From NCBI GenBank assembly GCA_951406725.2, contig OX597818.1, positions 107,756,001-107,820,000 of the forward strand: a DNA stretch of 64,000 nucleotides. The letters are read 5' to 3'. Below the pieces are notes generated by a model, which saw only the letters and a program-made list of their open reading frames with translations, ran no database searches and was not told the origin of the DNA. Source of the DNA: Octopus vulgaris (lineage: Eukaryota). A program made the position numbers and the translations under genes. Shown here in pieces: positions 24,290 through 38,889 of this stretch. Each line of letters begins with the position of its first letter. Positions within the stretch are counted from its first letter, which is position 1.

Positions 24290-24790
24290 ATTCAGATCAG
24301 ATCCTATGTGGGTGCACATGCCATTTGCAGTATGTTATTGCATTTGCCATTTGTTGATATAATCTCAGATCCACCCGGGTGATCTGTCAAGTAGAATCCC
24401 AGTCATTCCCAATCTCTGTGAGATATCTCCTCATTTAATGTGGACATGTGGTATGTGGTTGAGCCATCAACGTGAGCCATGAACCCAGCCAAATCTTCAA
24501 TGAAGAGAAGATTGTAAACAGGGTCTAACTCAGAAAATTAAGCAACATTGCCAAGCAGTTTAAGATGACACTCTTGAATCATACAAGTAACTGGACACAT
24601 CTCAGTATCTGGTTTGATACAAAATCTGACCAATGGCAACCCATAATCCTGTGAAGCATCCTGGTACCAAAGGAGTTCAGGTGGCTCCGAAAGGTTCTTG
24701 GACAGTGTTCAAGTCTCACATCTATAGAGCAGAACAAAGAGGACCAGAGACCAAAACTTCGTACAGCAGCAAATCAGCTAAAGGGCAAGA
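24290..24790 (-). mobile_element. RTE-clade LINE 3' end remnant with a (GATCT)n-like tail
   Basis: Minus reads SLVLFVLLYRCET*TL...LNSFGTRMLHRIMGCHWSDFVSN, matching RTE LLYGCETW...RIMGxxWxDxVSN; ends ggatctgatctg. Confidence 0.75.
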
Positions 24791-24974
24791 AGGTAGCCAG
24801 TGTTAAACACATTGGCAAGAATTCATCCTACTTTTCACCATACGATATATTGTAATGTTCTAAGGAATTTAGATATATCAAAAAACAAACTTCACGGCAA
24901 ACCCAGGTAAAATTGCATACACACAGTCGTAGCCTTCCTCCAACAGGAGTTAGTTCCCTTTATTATCAAAAGTG

Positions 24975-24998
24975 AAAGCTTACTTTTCTCAGGTAAGG
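24975..24998 (+). other. Candidate recursive splice site (zero-nucleotide exon), junction 24992/24993
   Basis: gcttacttttctcAG|GTAAGG: pyrimidine tract and CAG directly followed by a strong donor. Confidence 0.3.
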
Positions 24999-25809
24999 CT
25001 TGTTATCATATCCATTACTTAAATAGGGAACGCCTACACATTAAGACGATGCTCACATTTGATTGACGCAGGAGTTCCAGATTCGTTATAACCATATTAT
25101 TATTGTAATTTATTGTGAGATTTGTCTCAGGAGAAAAGCGGAAACAGCCAAGAAGTCATAACAAGGAATACTTACCTCATACTTTGTGAAATCAAATGTT
25201 CTGCTGTTACTTTATTTTATCTCTGGTAAAGAACTTTCAGAAATGTAACCAGTAATATATGAATTCTATTTTGGAGAAAATTTATCTTTTTTTTATTCAT
25301 CTTTTACAAAAAAGTGGAATATAGAAAATGGGATTCATGAAGCACGTTCCTCAAGTATAACTCAGAATGTCTTATAATTTTGAAGGTATGAGACTGTGGA
25401 TGGCCAAGTGGAAAGAGAATCAGATCAGTATCCAAGGGGTGAGAGGTTCAAAACCTATTACCACCACAGTGTCATTCTGGTTATCAAAATCTGAATCAGT
25501 GTTTTTCTTCCTATTACGATTTTACTTTTGAAAATCTTTACTTACGAAACCCTTTATGATTTTACTTAGACGGACCTTTGCAGTCAGTAAAACATCCTTT
25601 TATATTTTTACACTTATAAATTATAAGGAATTCTGTAAACGAAAATGTTAAAACATTTTGCATATTCTATAATTATAACCATTATATTGCATATGAATTT
25701 TAACAACAAAACCTTAGATAGACTCCCAAGAGCCATAAAGACTCCAGATGAAAACCACTGATCAAAATAGATACCACAGATGCTGATATAGTTCATTATT
25801 GTAAGCAAT

Positions 25810-26046
25810 ATCTATTTCTTTATTACCCACAGAGGGCTAAACATAGAGGGGATGAGCAAAGACATACAAAGGGATTAAGTCGATTACATCGGCCCCAGTG
25901 CATAACTGGTACTTATTTAATCGACCCCGAAAGGATGAAAGGCAAAGTCGACCTTGGCGAAATTTGAACTCAGAATGTAGTGGCAGATGACATACCACTA
26001 AGCATTTCGCCCAGTGTGCTAACAATTCTGCCAGCTCTCTGCCCTA
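25810..26046 (-). mobile_element. SINE family C, full length with tail
   Basis: ctatttctttattacccac...taatcgaccccgaaaggatgaaaggcaaagtcgacc...attctgccagctc. Confidence 0.9.
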
Positions 26047-26852
26047 CTGTAAGCAATATCAAGACTATAAAACCGATGTACTTCTTCTTAGTATGCAACA
26101 CTAAGTGCAAGTCTAGATAAGGTAACCAGAACTCATGAGTCTAACGAGATTGAAGCTGTTAATGTTAAGCTACAGAAACAAGCCCCAGTTTCCAGGGCAA
26201 ATCTCTGAGAATGGCAAGGGAAATATTTTTGTGCCCAGCATGAGAAATAGATGAGCAAACAACTTATCCCCTAACTGTACTAACTTGTAGTATTGTAGCT
26301 TCATTGTGCAATGAAGGAGAAATAATCATTACAAACGGTTAGTAAAAATATGAAAGGCTAAATGAGAAAAATATCATGGATAAAGAAGATTCAACATGAA
26401 ATAGTGTAAGGCAGAACAGTGTCTTGCATTTGACAAAATACTACACCAGGAAAACACACAAAAAAAAAGGAAAAATGGAAGAGTATGTGAAGGTAGACTA
26501 AGAATCAATCAAATAGTTAATGCATAAACATTATGCATTTATGGCATGACAGACTTTCTGAAGAAGTTATAATGACACTAAAACAGTTAACTTCAGAAAA
26601 TTATCAACAACATGCAAAAGATAGAGTATTAGAAAAAATAAAGAATAAGACATTTCTCTCAAGATGCTTGAGATTTTCAAAACCAAATGTCTGAAAAATA
26701 CTTGCTGGTGCACTTGACTGCACTTGTACATAATTTGATAAATGGTTAAACAAGCATGGTCCTGAAATACCCAACTCAACTTGTCCAGTAATGTTTGCAT
26801 CTTTTATTTTTCACTTAATTATATACTATTTTAATTGTTATGCGCTTTATTG

Positions 26853-26949
<97 letters not shown>

Positions 26950-27034
26950 TCCCTTGCAAATATGGGTGTTTGTTTGTATCTGTATATGTCCATGTACATA
27001 TATTTGCATATATATACATATTTGCATAGATACA

Positions 27035-27270
27035 TCATCATCATCATCATTGTCGTTTAACGTCTGCTTTCCATGCTGGCATGGGTTGGACAGTTTGACT
27101 GAGGACTGGTGAGCCAGTCAGGTGGTTCTGGCAATGACAATGCTCAAAAGGTGTTTTTTATGTGCTACCTGCACAGGAGCCAGTAAGGTGGCACTGGCAA
27201 CGACCATACTTGAATGTTGTTTTCATGTACTTGTAAGGTGACGCTGGCAACGACCATGCTCGAATGGTGC
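27035..27270 (-). mobile_element. Family B tail joined directly to hairpin-unit array (body deleted)
   Basis: (CAT)n, gtttaacgtctgctttccatgctggcatgggttggac, then units ggtgttttttatgtgctacctgcac. Confidence 0.75.
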
Positions 27271-27334
27271 TGCATATATATATATACTTATGTGCATATA
27301 CATTTGTGTGTGTGTGTGTGTGTGTGTGTGTATG

Positions 27335-27520
27335 CCAGGCAAAATGGTTAGTGGCACTTCATCCATCATTATGTTCTGAGTTCAAATTCTACGAAGGTAG
27401 ACTTTTCCTTTCATTCTTTTGGGGTCGATAAAATATGTACCAGTTTCACAGTGGGGGAGGGGGTATGTAATCCCCAAAAATTGCAGGCCTTGAACCAAAA
27501 TTTGAAATCATTATTGTTAT
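27335..27520 (+). mobile_element. SINE family C
   Basis: atgttctgagttcaaattc...cctttcattctttt..ggggtcgataaaa. Confidence 0.75.
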
Positions 27521-28280
27521 TATTATTTTCTCTCTTGGAGAATTGGCTGGGGAGTTTCCAACTAGTTCAACTCTCTGAGACACATCATGAGGAATGACTT
27601 ATGGTTCTTGTACGAATTGAGGCCCCATAACAAGAGAAGATAGATTCTAATATTAGAAGCCACTTCAGCTGTATTCTCTTCCTGTATAAAGCTCAGCTAT
27701 TCCATTAGTGTCCCAATGACGGAATAAGGTTATTGTACAAACCACCATCTTCTCTACCACCGACAACAACCAAACTTTCTGAAGTAAATATTAGAATATG
27801 TACAACTATTGAATCCTTGTTTTAATCTAATCTTACTTTCTCCTCCATGAAAATACAGCTTCTGAACAATTTTGGTTCTCTCACCAATTTTGGTTTCCAT
27901 GATTGATTAGTTTTAAAAAATGTATGTAGAATGTCTTCACTGGACAAAAATCATAAACAAAACAAAATTTCTTCTTTTTATTTTAAAATTGTTAGATATG
28001 TTTGATATATATATAGAGAAAAAAATTATTTCTATGTTGTTTTATTATATTTAGAATGACTACATTGAGAAATATCAAATATCAAACATTGGTGAGTATA
28101 TCTGTGTATGTGTGTGTGTGTATGTGCATGCTTGTATATGTGTATGTGGGGGTCTGTATTTGTGTGTGTGTATGTGTGCATATATGTGTACATGGTGTAC
28201 ATGAATGTGTGTATACGTGTATGTGTGTGAGTGCGTATGTGTGGTTGTACGTGCACATGTGTGCATGTGTGTGTGTTTGT

Positions 28281-28319
<39 letters not shown>

Positions 28320-28577
28320 TGTGTGTGTGTGTGAGTATGTGAGTTGCTTGATATGTCTGTACGTCAGAGATACAGTTGTACATGGTTATCCTGAATGTCA
28401 GAAACATTTAGGTTTACTTAGCAGAGAAAACTTGTGTAACTTGGGAAGACATGGCAGGTCTTGAAAAATTAAACAGATGCCAGCAGCATTTCACATTTCG
28501 TTTTTTTACTGTTATAAAAAATTGATAGGGATTACTAAGATGCTGCTGAGGAGTTTTATTAATATTGATGTTGATGA

Positions 28578-28631
<54 letters not shown>

Positions 28632-28648
28632 CATTATTATCATTATTA

Positions 28649-28679
<31 letters not shown>

Positions 28680-28890
28680 TAAGGTGGTGAGCTGGCAGAA
28701 TTGTTAGCATGCTGGACAAAATGTTTAGCAGCATTTCGTCTGTATTTATGTTCTGAGTTCAAATTCTACCTTCACTTGGTTGTTCATCCTTCTGTGAGTG
28801 ATATAACAAATGGCAGTTAAGTACTTGAGTTGATGTAATGAATTTACCCCTACCATCAGAATTGCTGGCATTGTGCTGAAATTAGAAAGA
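28680..28890 (+). mobile_element. SINE family C following (ATT)n
   Basis: aaggtggtgagctggcagaattgttagc...ttctgagttcaaattc. Confidence 0.8.
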
Positions 28891-28914
28891 ATTGCTATTA
28901 TTACTGTTACTGAT

Positions 28915-29276
28915 GACAGCACCGCCTGATTGGCACTTGTGCCAGTGGAACGTTAAAGGTACATCTGAGTGTGATTGTTGCCAGGGCCATGGATTGGCTC
29001 CCGTGCCAGTGTCATGTAAAAAGCAGCATTCGAGCATGATCATGACCAGCATCACCTTACCAGCACATGTGCTGGTGGCATGTGAAAAACAACATTTGAG
29101 AGTGGTCATTGCCAGTGCCACCGGATTGGCTCCCGTGCAAGTAACATGTAAAAAACAACTTTTGAACATGATTGTTGCCAGAACAACCTGACTGGCCCTC
29201 ATGCTGGTGGCATGTAAAAGCACCCACTATACTCTCAGAGTAGTTGGCATTAAGAAGGGCATCCAGCTGTAGAAAC

Positions 29277-29278
<2 letters not shown>
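28915..29278 (+). mobile_element. Family B with an array of about five hairpin units, 3' truncated
   Basis: Repeated gtgc..gtggca.gt.aaaa units, then gttggcattaagaagggcatccagctgtagaaac. Confidence 0.85.
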
Positions 29279-29312
<34 letters not shown>

Positions 29313-29317
29313 TCAAA

Positions 29318-29497
29318 ATGTAACCGCGTGTGAACCGTTGGCGATTTTTTTCCTACGTCTTCCCTTCTCTGGATCTTTCCTCCTCCTATGTTTCCAACAA
29401 AGAGCTCCGCTCGAAACGTTAAACCCTCCTTCTTTCCTTCTTTCCTGAGCGTCCAATAATACTATATTTGTTCCACGTCCTCGCGTTGTTGTGTTGT
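29318..29497 (+). mobile_element. Family H-related element with decayed hammerhead-like core, next to (TA)n
   Basis: GTTT-ccaacaa-aGAGCtccGCTC-GAAACGTT-AAAC, then ttcctgagcgt..aataatac as in the 5502 and 19203 copies. Confidence 0.55.
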
Positions 29498-30776
29498 ATG
29501 TATTTATATATATTTACATGTATGTATGTATTTATATAAATATATATATGTATGTATGTATTTATATAAATATATATATTCATGCGTGTGTCTTTGTGTG
29601 CATGTTTGTCTCCCCACCATAGAAGACAGGTGAGGGAACAACAAGCAGTTGTATTAGTTTGACATTCAGGAAGAATGTAAGGCATAGTAATGTAATGCAC
29701 AACAGTAACACACAGGCAGCTATGAGCTCACTGCCTCTCATAGCAGAAACAGCTGTAAGCTAACAAACTTCCTAAGATGATCATTCATTCTTTGTCATCT
29801 CTGTTTCTTATTACCACTCTTTATTGATTAATGCTTTGTTCTGAAGTATAGTTATACTGAGATTATTAGTATATTCACATGAAACATAGAAGATGTCGAA
29901 TAAGTATGAAGAAGTTATGTAATTTCTTAACTTGACAGCTGTTTCAAGAAGTTCAGGGTTATGTAATAATCATAACAGTCATAATTTGCACATGAAATAT
30001 GCAAAAACATCATGGGTATGCAACTGGAAACAGTCACATAGAATATCTATATACATGTGAGTGTGTGTGTGTGTGTGAATGTGTGCCATATGTATGTGTG
30101 TGTGTGTATATATATGTATATGCACACGTACACACACACAGAAGATTATATATGTGTGGGAGGATGTGCACATGTGTGCATATGTGCAAACATAAATATG
30201 TTTTATATCTATAACATATTTTCTTGCTATGCTAGTAGAATGATGATGGTTGATTTTTTTTCATACCCAGACAGCCTTCTTTACTACAATTTGGTTACTT
30301 GAAAGGTTGAAGGGGAAGGAAAATGCAATTTGTTTGACAGGTAAAATATTGGCAAGCAGTGCCATCTGTGAGACCATTCACATAACACAATGGTTAAGGT
30401 TACACTGCATTAGTTTACAAAATATACGTTCATAGCGTAAAAATAATCAAAGAAAAGCTTGAATGAATACACAAATAGATGGAGAAATATCCAGCATTAA
30501 ATTTGTACTTTACCATTGTGAGTTTGGCATAAAGTAAAAAGCAAATTGAGAAAAGCTGTGAAATATAAAAGGATATAAAATCCTTTAATAAGCAATCTCC
30601 AAAATCATGAATAATTCTATAAACCATTTTATTATGTGCTCAGCAGAACTCTAAAAATGTTTTATGGTAAACTGATTTGATAGGAACAAACCATAATATA
30701 GGTGAAAATGAAATTCATATACCTCTATATATGTATACTCACACACACTCACACATATATACAAACATACATACAC

Positions 30777-30807
<31 letters not shown>

Positions 30808-31047
30808 ATATATATACACACATATACAAACACATATATGTAAGTATGTGTGTGTGTGTGTGTAAACTTTTCATTATTGGATTCTCTGTCTGAAGAATTT
30901 CTAATAGGAAAATTCTAATATATTTATCTAGTTTGCACAATTTTGTAACTCCTATAGACAAAGGAAACATCTGTAATGGTGAATAAATAATACCAAAATC
31001 TTTCCAGCTTCCTGTTTTGGTATATATATATATATATATATATATAT

Positions 31048-31458
31048 AGGTGCAGGAGTGGCTGTATGTTAAGTAGCTTGCTTACCAACCACATGGTTCC
31101 GGGTTCATTCCCACTGCGTGGCACCTTGGGCAAGTGTCTTCTACTATAGCCTCGGGCTGACCAAAGCCTTGTGAGTGAATTTGGTAAACAGAAACTGAAA
31201 GAAGCCCATCGTATATATGTATATATATATATGTCTGTGTATATGTTTGTGTGTATGTGTTTGTCCCCCCCACCCCACAACATCGCTTGACAACCGATGC
31301 TGGTGTGTTTATGTCCACGTAACTTAGCGGTTTGGCAAAAGAGACCGATAGAATAATTACTAGGCTTCCAAAGAATAAGTCTTGGGGGTTGATTTGCTCG
31401 ACTAAATGCGGTGCTCCAGCATGGCCACAGTCAAATGACTGAAACAAGTAAAAGAGTA
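31048..31458 (+). mobile_element. SINE family A, full length
   Basis: aggtgcaggagtggctg...ccttgggcaagtgtc...gaaacaagtaaaagag. Confidence 0.9.
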
Positions 31459-31945
31459 TACATATATATCATCATCATCATATATATACATACAAACTTA
31501 CATACTTACATATATATTTATGTGTGTGTGTACATAGGTAAAAGGTTAAAGTGGAGGCAACACGAATGTATGTTTAAAGATACTTTTCACTTTTTAATCG
31601 GACAGGATTTATATTTTTGTTACATTAAGTGACTTTTATAAAATATTACCAGTTTTGACATGTCTGTCCATCTTATTAAATATTAAAATTTCAAAGTCAA
31701 GATGAGAAAATAAGAACTGAAACTTAGATATTAAAGCAGTTTGTTCTCATATTCTTTCCACAGTGAGGAGGAGTGATAAGGTTGAATATGAAGTATTTTC
31801 TGCCTCAGAAAAGAGAGGCCAATCTTTGAAATACTCTTTTTTTTTTATGTTGAGGCTGCTGTGCATTCTCCAGAGGAGCTCCTTATGGTGGATTTCGGTG
31901 ATTCAAGATGGGAGTTGTTTGTGTTTTTGTAGATTAAGGTGATAA

Positions 31946-32325
31946 TACTCTTTTACTTGTTTCAGTCATTTGACTGTGGCCACCGCATCTTTTTAGTCGA
32001 GCAAATCAACCCCAGGACTTATTCTTTGTAAGCCTAGTACTTATTCTATCAGTCTCTTTAGCCAAACCGCTAAGTTATGGGGGATGTAAACACACTTGCA
32101 TCGGTTGTCAAGCAATGTTGGGGGAACAAACACACACATACATATCTACATATACATATATACGACGGACTACTTTCAGTTTCCGTTTATCAAATCCACT
32201 CACAAGGCTTTGGTCGCACCGAGGCTATAGTAGAAGACACTTGCCCAAGGTGCCATGTAATGGGACTGAACCCGGAACCATGTGGTTGGTAAGCAAGCTA
32301 CTGGCCACACAGCCACACCTATGCC
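31946..32325 (-). mobile_element. SINE family A, full length, inverted relative to the 31048 copy
   Basis: Reverse complement of the 31048-31458 sequence with small indels. Confidence 0.9.
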
Positions 32326-32489
32326 TACTTACTTAATATAAGAATTGGGTTTTCTTTTACTGATGAAGAAAAAATATTGACTTAACCCCTCTGTAAGGTG
32401 TTTGTGAAGTGTCTTAGATTTGGCACAAGGTGTCTAGACTGTATGTGAATAAAGTTTTTGTGAGAAAAGATACAAAATGCAGATTGTCA

Positions 32490-33230
32490 TATGTAGGAGG
32501 GGGAATTATTGACGATAAGGATAAATAAGTTATTGATGCTCAGGTGGAAGATCTCAGGGATGAAGAGAAAAGTGATGAGATACAATGGAGCCAGCACTGT
32601 GTTGTTTGGAGAGAACTTATCAACATATGTTACAATAGCAGAGTCTGACAAAAAGCTACCGATCCATGAGATGAGAGATGTTTGGGGCAAAGAGGTGGGC
32701 AGTTCATGGGAGATTATACCAGACAAGGTTAAAGTACTTTGCTAATCTCTTGACCAACATCACAGTTCTGAAGGACAAAAGCTGTCTGATGAATGACATA
32801 AGAAAGGAGGTTTTCAGTGGTGTATACTTCATGGAAACTGCTCTGATGATCATTGGGCTGAGACTGAGATTCAAGATGAAGGAGAATAATGTTGTCAAGG
32901 ATTGGCTCCATTACCTTTGAGATATTTTAAGAGAATGCATTCGAACAATGATTGACGTAATCAGGGGGGTTTGCCCTTCTTGTGAATGGATCATGGGGCA
33001 TGCTTCAAAAGTATATCACTCTAGAGAGGGAGAGATTAAAGAGTTTAGTGAGCATAGGGGTTGGGTGAGGGTTGTGATTAGTGATGAATAAAAGGGATCA
33101 GGAGTGAAAGCCATGTTTGCTTGAAGTAAGCAAACTTACTTTTGAACTTGGTGTATCTTTATGCATGGGATGAATGGAAGAGAATTGCTAAGGGTATGTA
33201 GGGTGAATTGGGTGGAATTAGACAACAAAA
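32490..33230 (-). mobile_element. CR1/Jockey-like LINE reverse transcriptase remnant
   Basis: ORF 32487-32726 SLISWIGSFLSDSAIVTYVD...IFHLSINNL resembles WIxSFLSxRxxxVxVD...LFLLFINDL; extent beyond the ORF is approximate. Confidence 0.6.
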
Positions 33231-33459
33231 GTTGCTTTTGACCTTAGAGTGTGGTTCGGATATTAAGCCTAAAAATACTTACAGGGGATACTCCAGATTG
33301 GCTGCAGTCCAATGACTGAGACCAGTAAAAGTATAAAACATATATTTCAAGTGTAGAAATATGTGTTTATGTCTGCATCAAGGGTTATTGTGTTTCATAT
33401 ACATTGAAAGAGAGACACAGTAATAGATTAAACCAGTCAGGAATATATGTTGCATCTGA

Positions 33460-33496
<37 letters not shown>

Positions 33497-33899
33497 ACTA
33501 CCAATTGGTTGTATGCATTTATGTGTGTTTAGATGCATGTGAATGTGCTCACAAAAAATATATACACTTATACAAAAGATAGTGCTTTTCATATTTAAGC
33601 ATGTATATGTCTACTGCTGTATAAATACACACATACTTATACGTATTCCTATATATGTGTGTGTGGATGCATGCATGTGTGTGTGTGTGTGCACACATAC
33701 ACACACACACCCTTGTGCACACACGCATATATATCATGTATATGCATAGAAACCTACTCAGTTATACACATTCAAATATATAACGTTGTGTATATATTCT
33801 CTTTTATCTAGAATACCTAAAGGCTTTGGCAGTTCAGTACCTTTCATTCTTCATTATTTAATCATTAACATTATTAACAGGCAAAATATATGCATAGTG

Positions 33900-35400
<1,501 letters not shown>

Positions 35401-37179
35401 GTATGTGTGTATGTTGCTTTCTTCTCTATTGATTTCCTAAAGCCTTCAATAATCAACACAGTCTATCTCTAGTGTGGATTTGATAAGCTTCAACCGACCA
35501 AAAGATGTTTGATTTTCCCTCAACTTTCACACATAGAAATGAGTAATAACAATCATAATAATAATGATAAATATATTAATATTTACTATTATCTCTATTA
35601 TTGTTAATGTTAATGTTTTAATTTTATTTTCGTGATCATAATATTTTTTTTAAAAAAAAGTAAATGTTTATTTTAGAAGACGCAAGAACCTTGAGCAGTT
35701 ATTATGGTATAAATATTTGAAAAATATCAAAAACAAACTTTTAACAAATTACCAAAATTTATTATTTTTTTTTTGCTGTTTGAGAGTCACAGAATTTATT
35801 GAATGTAGAAATATTGCCTGACAATGGTCAACATGGATAAGTAAGTGACATTTCAGTCAAAACAACAACCAGAAGAATCTGTTTGCTCATATTCATTAAA
35901 TTCAATTATTTGCTTTCAGAGAATAGTCTTTTTTTCATGAGATGAATATTTTTCTCTGAACAGAATTCATGACTTTTGAGAGAATCTCATGACAGAAATG
36001 AATGTCAATTCTTCGGCTGTTTCATCATTTGTAGCACATCCTTCGCTTCATTGTTCAGGTGCTAATAATATACCATTCTCGGTTTACTCCAGAATTCATC
36101 AATGGAGGAACAGCCTTGCAGATAGACTTGTTCAATGCATTCATGACTAAAAGTTTAATAACCATAGAACTGTCCACCAAAGTAATATTCAGAAGCCTTA
36201 GTAAGTGAAATGACAAAGTAGATATGGTTTTGCTATCAACAATTGTTGCAAGTCATTCATTTTAACCATTTTTAAATTCCTTTTTTAACCTAGCCTTGTG
36301 GATTCAGAAAAAATACAGCTTTTGGTGACAGGAAACAATGGATGTTAGTTGGAGTTATCAGATCCTGAAAGAAGCTTATCTCTCGTGTTCTTATTGCTAC
36401 TAACCTGAGGCTAAATCTTGGCCTCTCTGAGTTTATTGACTATCTCTCTAACTCTCTATCTATCTATCTATCTCTTTTGCCTCCCTCTCTTGTCTCCTTC
36501 TCCCTCTCCCTCTTCTCTCTTCCCCCTCTTCTCTCTTCCCCCTCTTCTCTCTTCCCCCTCTCTCTTTCATTTACACATGCACAAACACACACACACACAT
36601 ACACACAAACATCTTTCTACAGTTTGTCTTGTAGGGTAAAGAGTCTCTTCCTGTTTCTCATCCCCGACTTCCTACGAAACCAAAATATTTAGAATTATTC
36701 AAGACAACCCTAAACAGAGACAACACAACAAAAACCTTCAAGGTTGTTGCAAATACTATGCTCAAACATGGCTGAGTATCTCTCCCAGCAAACACACACT
36801 TGGCTTAACAAAGACTGCATCACAAATATTGGCCTTCCTCCTCAATGATGGAGAAATACTTAATACTTCAACAACTACCGACTATCTAATTCACATGAAT
36901 TAGAACTCCAGCATCTGGAATGTTGCTGCTCATCTCAAAGACCATTTGACTTCTGACTAACTGAGCTGGCTCCTTCATCCCTTTGTTCCTTTCTCTCTTC
37001 TTTTACAATCATCTCTGTTTTACCTCATTCTTGCTATTCTCGTACCCCTTTTCACTCAGCCACCTCTAACTCAATGAATGGAAAGTTTCTCACACTGTTC
37101 TGGATGCAGATTTGTTTGTTGATGGCAGACCAGGGGCAACATGACAACAACTGGAACGGTAGAAACAATAACACAGTTT

Positions 37180-37595
37180 TAATCATCATCATCACCACTA
37201 TCATTATCATCATCATCATCAACATCATCATCATCATCATCATTATCACCATCCTCTTCATCAATACCATTACCATCACCATTGTTATCATCATCATCAT
37301 CACTATCATCATCATCATCGTTGTCGTCATCATCTTCCATAATATCGCTCAGTTTCTTTCTTGTATTCCTGTATCCTCCCTCTTATTTGTTTCTCCCCTC
37401 CCCCTGTTACATTGACCTCACCCTGCTCGTTTCTTCATCTTTCCCTTTCTGCACACCTTCATCACCTACTCACCCTTTTGGTTGTATATTATATGTGTTG
37501 TGTGTGTGTGCGTGCATGTGTGTGTGTCTGTGTGTATATGTGTGTCTGTATGTGTGTGTGTGTCTCTGTGTGTGTGTGTGTGTGTCTGTGTGTGT

Positions 37596-37648
<53 letters not shown>

Positions 37649-37875
37649 GCCATCAATTCTGATTCTTGAAATTTGCTCACTCTGCAGGGAAATGGTGATT
37701 GATGGTAGTTATAAGCACAATGATGATGGTGGTGTTGTTGTTGTTGGTGGTGGTGGTGGTGGTGACAAGGAAGAAGAGGAAGAGGAAGTGGTGGAGGAAG
37801 ATGCCGTTGCTGATGACAATAGTGACAACGATGATAATGACGATGATGATGACGGTGATGATGACGGTGATGATG

Positions 37876-37907
<32 letters not shown>

Positions 37908-38276
37908 GATGATGACGATGATGATGACGATGATGATGTTGATGATGATGATGATGATGATGATGACGACAACGATGATGATGATGATGATGACGACGAC
38001 GATGATGATGATGATGATGATGATGATGATCACTATGGCAATGACAGCACTAATGACAGCCCTATTGCTTTCCGTGGATCATAACCATATTTTCGGTGTG
38101 TTAACAACTTCTCCTTCTCACTTTATTATTAGTATTTTCTCGGTTCAAATCTTGTTGAGGTTGTTTTGCCAAGGTCAATAAAATAAGTGATGAACTGATA
38201 CTGTTTCTTCCCCAGTCATGTGTCTGTGTTAGAAACTATTACTATTGTTATTATTATTATTAATATTATTATTATA

Positions 38277-38338
<62 letters not shown>

Positions 38339-38444
38339 TATTATTATTACTATTATTATTATTATTATTATCATTATTATTATCATTATCATTATTATTA
38401 TTATTATCATTATTATTATTATTATCATTATTATTATTATTAAT

Positions 38445-38475
<31 letters not shown>
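37180..38475. repeat. (CAT)n, (GT)n, (GAT)n and (ATT)n microsatellite cluster
   Basis: Direct reading; produces the poly-D/M/I/S ORFs. Confidence 0.95.
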
Positions 38476-38889
38476 TGTTCAACTCCAACCGTTTTATGGC
38501 TTTGGTCTGTCTTGGTCACCAAATGCGTTGATATTGGGGTCTTAATGGCCAAACACTTCTTTGACAACCTTATCAACTATGCGGTGGGCTAATAGTCGTC
38601 CAGCTGTTTGTCTGCATGTCACTGTCTGCCGTCTTGGAATAAATAACCAGAATGCTGGGAATAAACAAGGAAATAAAAAGAAGAAAACAAGCAGGAGACA
38701 GAAGAGGAAGAAAGCAAGAAGAAAAAGGAAGAAGAAGAAAGCAAGAAGAAAAAGGAAGAGGAAGAGGGAGAAACCAGTTTGGTAACTATTTTTGTTGGTG
38801 TAAATAATAAGTAGTCAGATGGCTTCAGGCACAAGTCATAGTGGTTGTTGCTGCTGTTGTTCTGTTGGTGTTGTTGTTGCTGCTGCTGC

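Noticed and set aside
25170-25225. Minus-strand exon ending GAG|gtaagt
   Set aside because: The 47-nt candidate has stops in all three frames
25540-25760. hAT-type MITE remnant (cagtggtt-like end on the minus strand)
   Set aside because: Only one degenerate terminus visible; no TSD
31048-31125. tRNA genes in SINE heads (families A, C, D, E, F)
   Set aside because: A/B boxes are present but no complete cloverleaf, and each continues into a SINE body
37602-38084. Acidic poly-Asp protein
   Set aside because: (GAT)n microsatellite in an ORF that starts inside (GT)n; no exon boundaries
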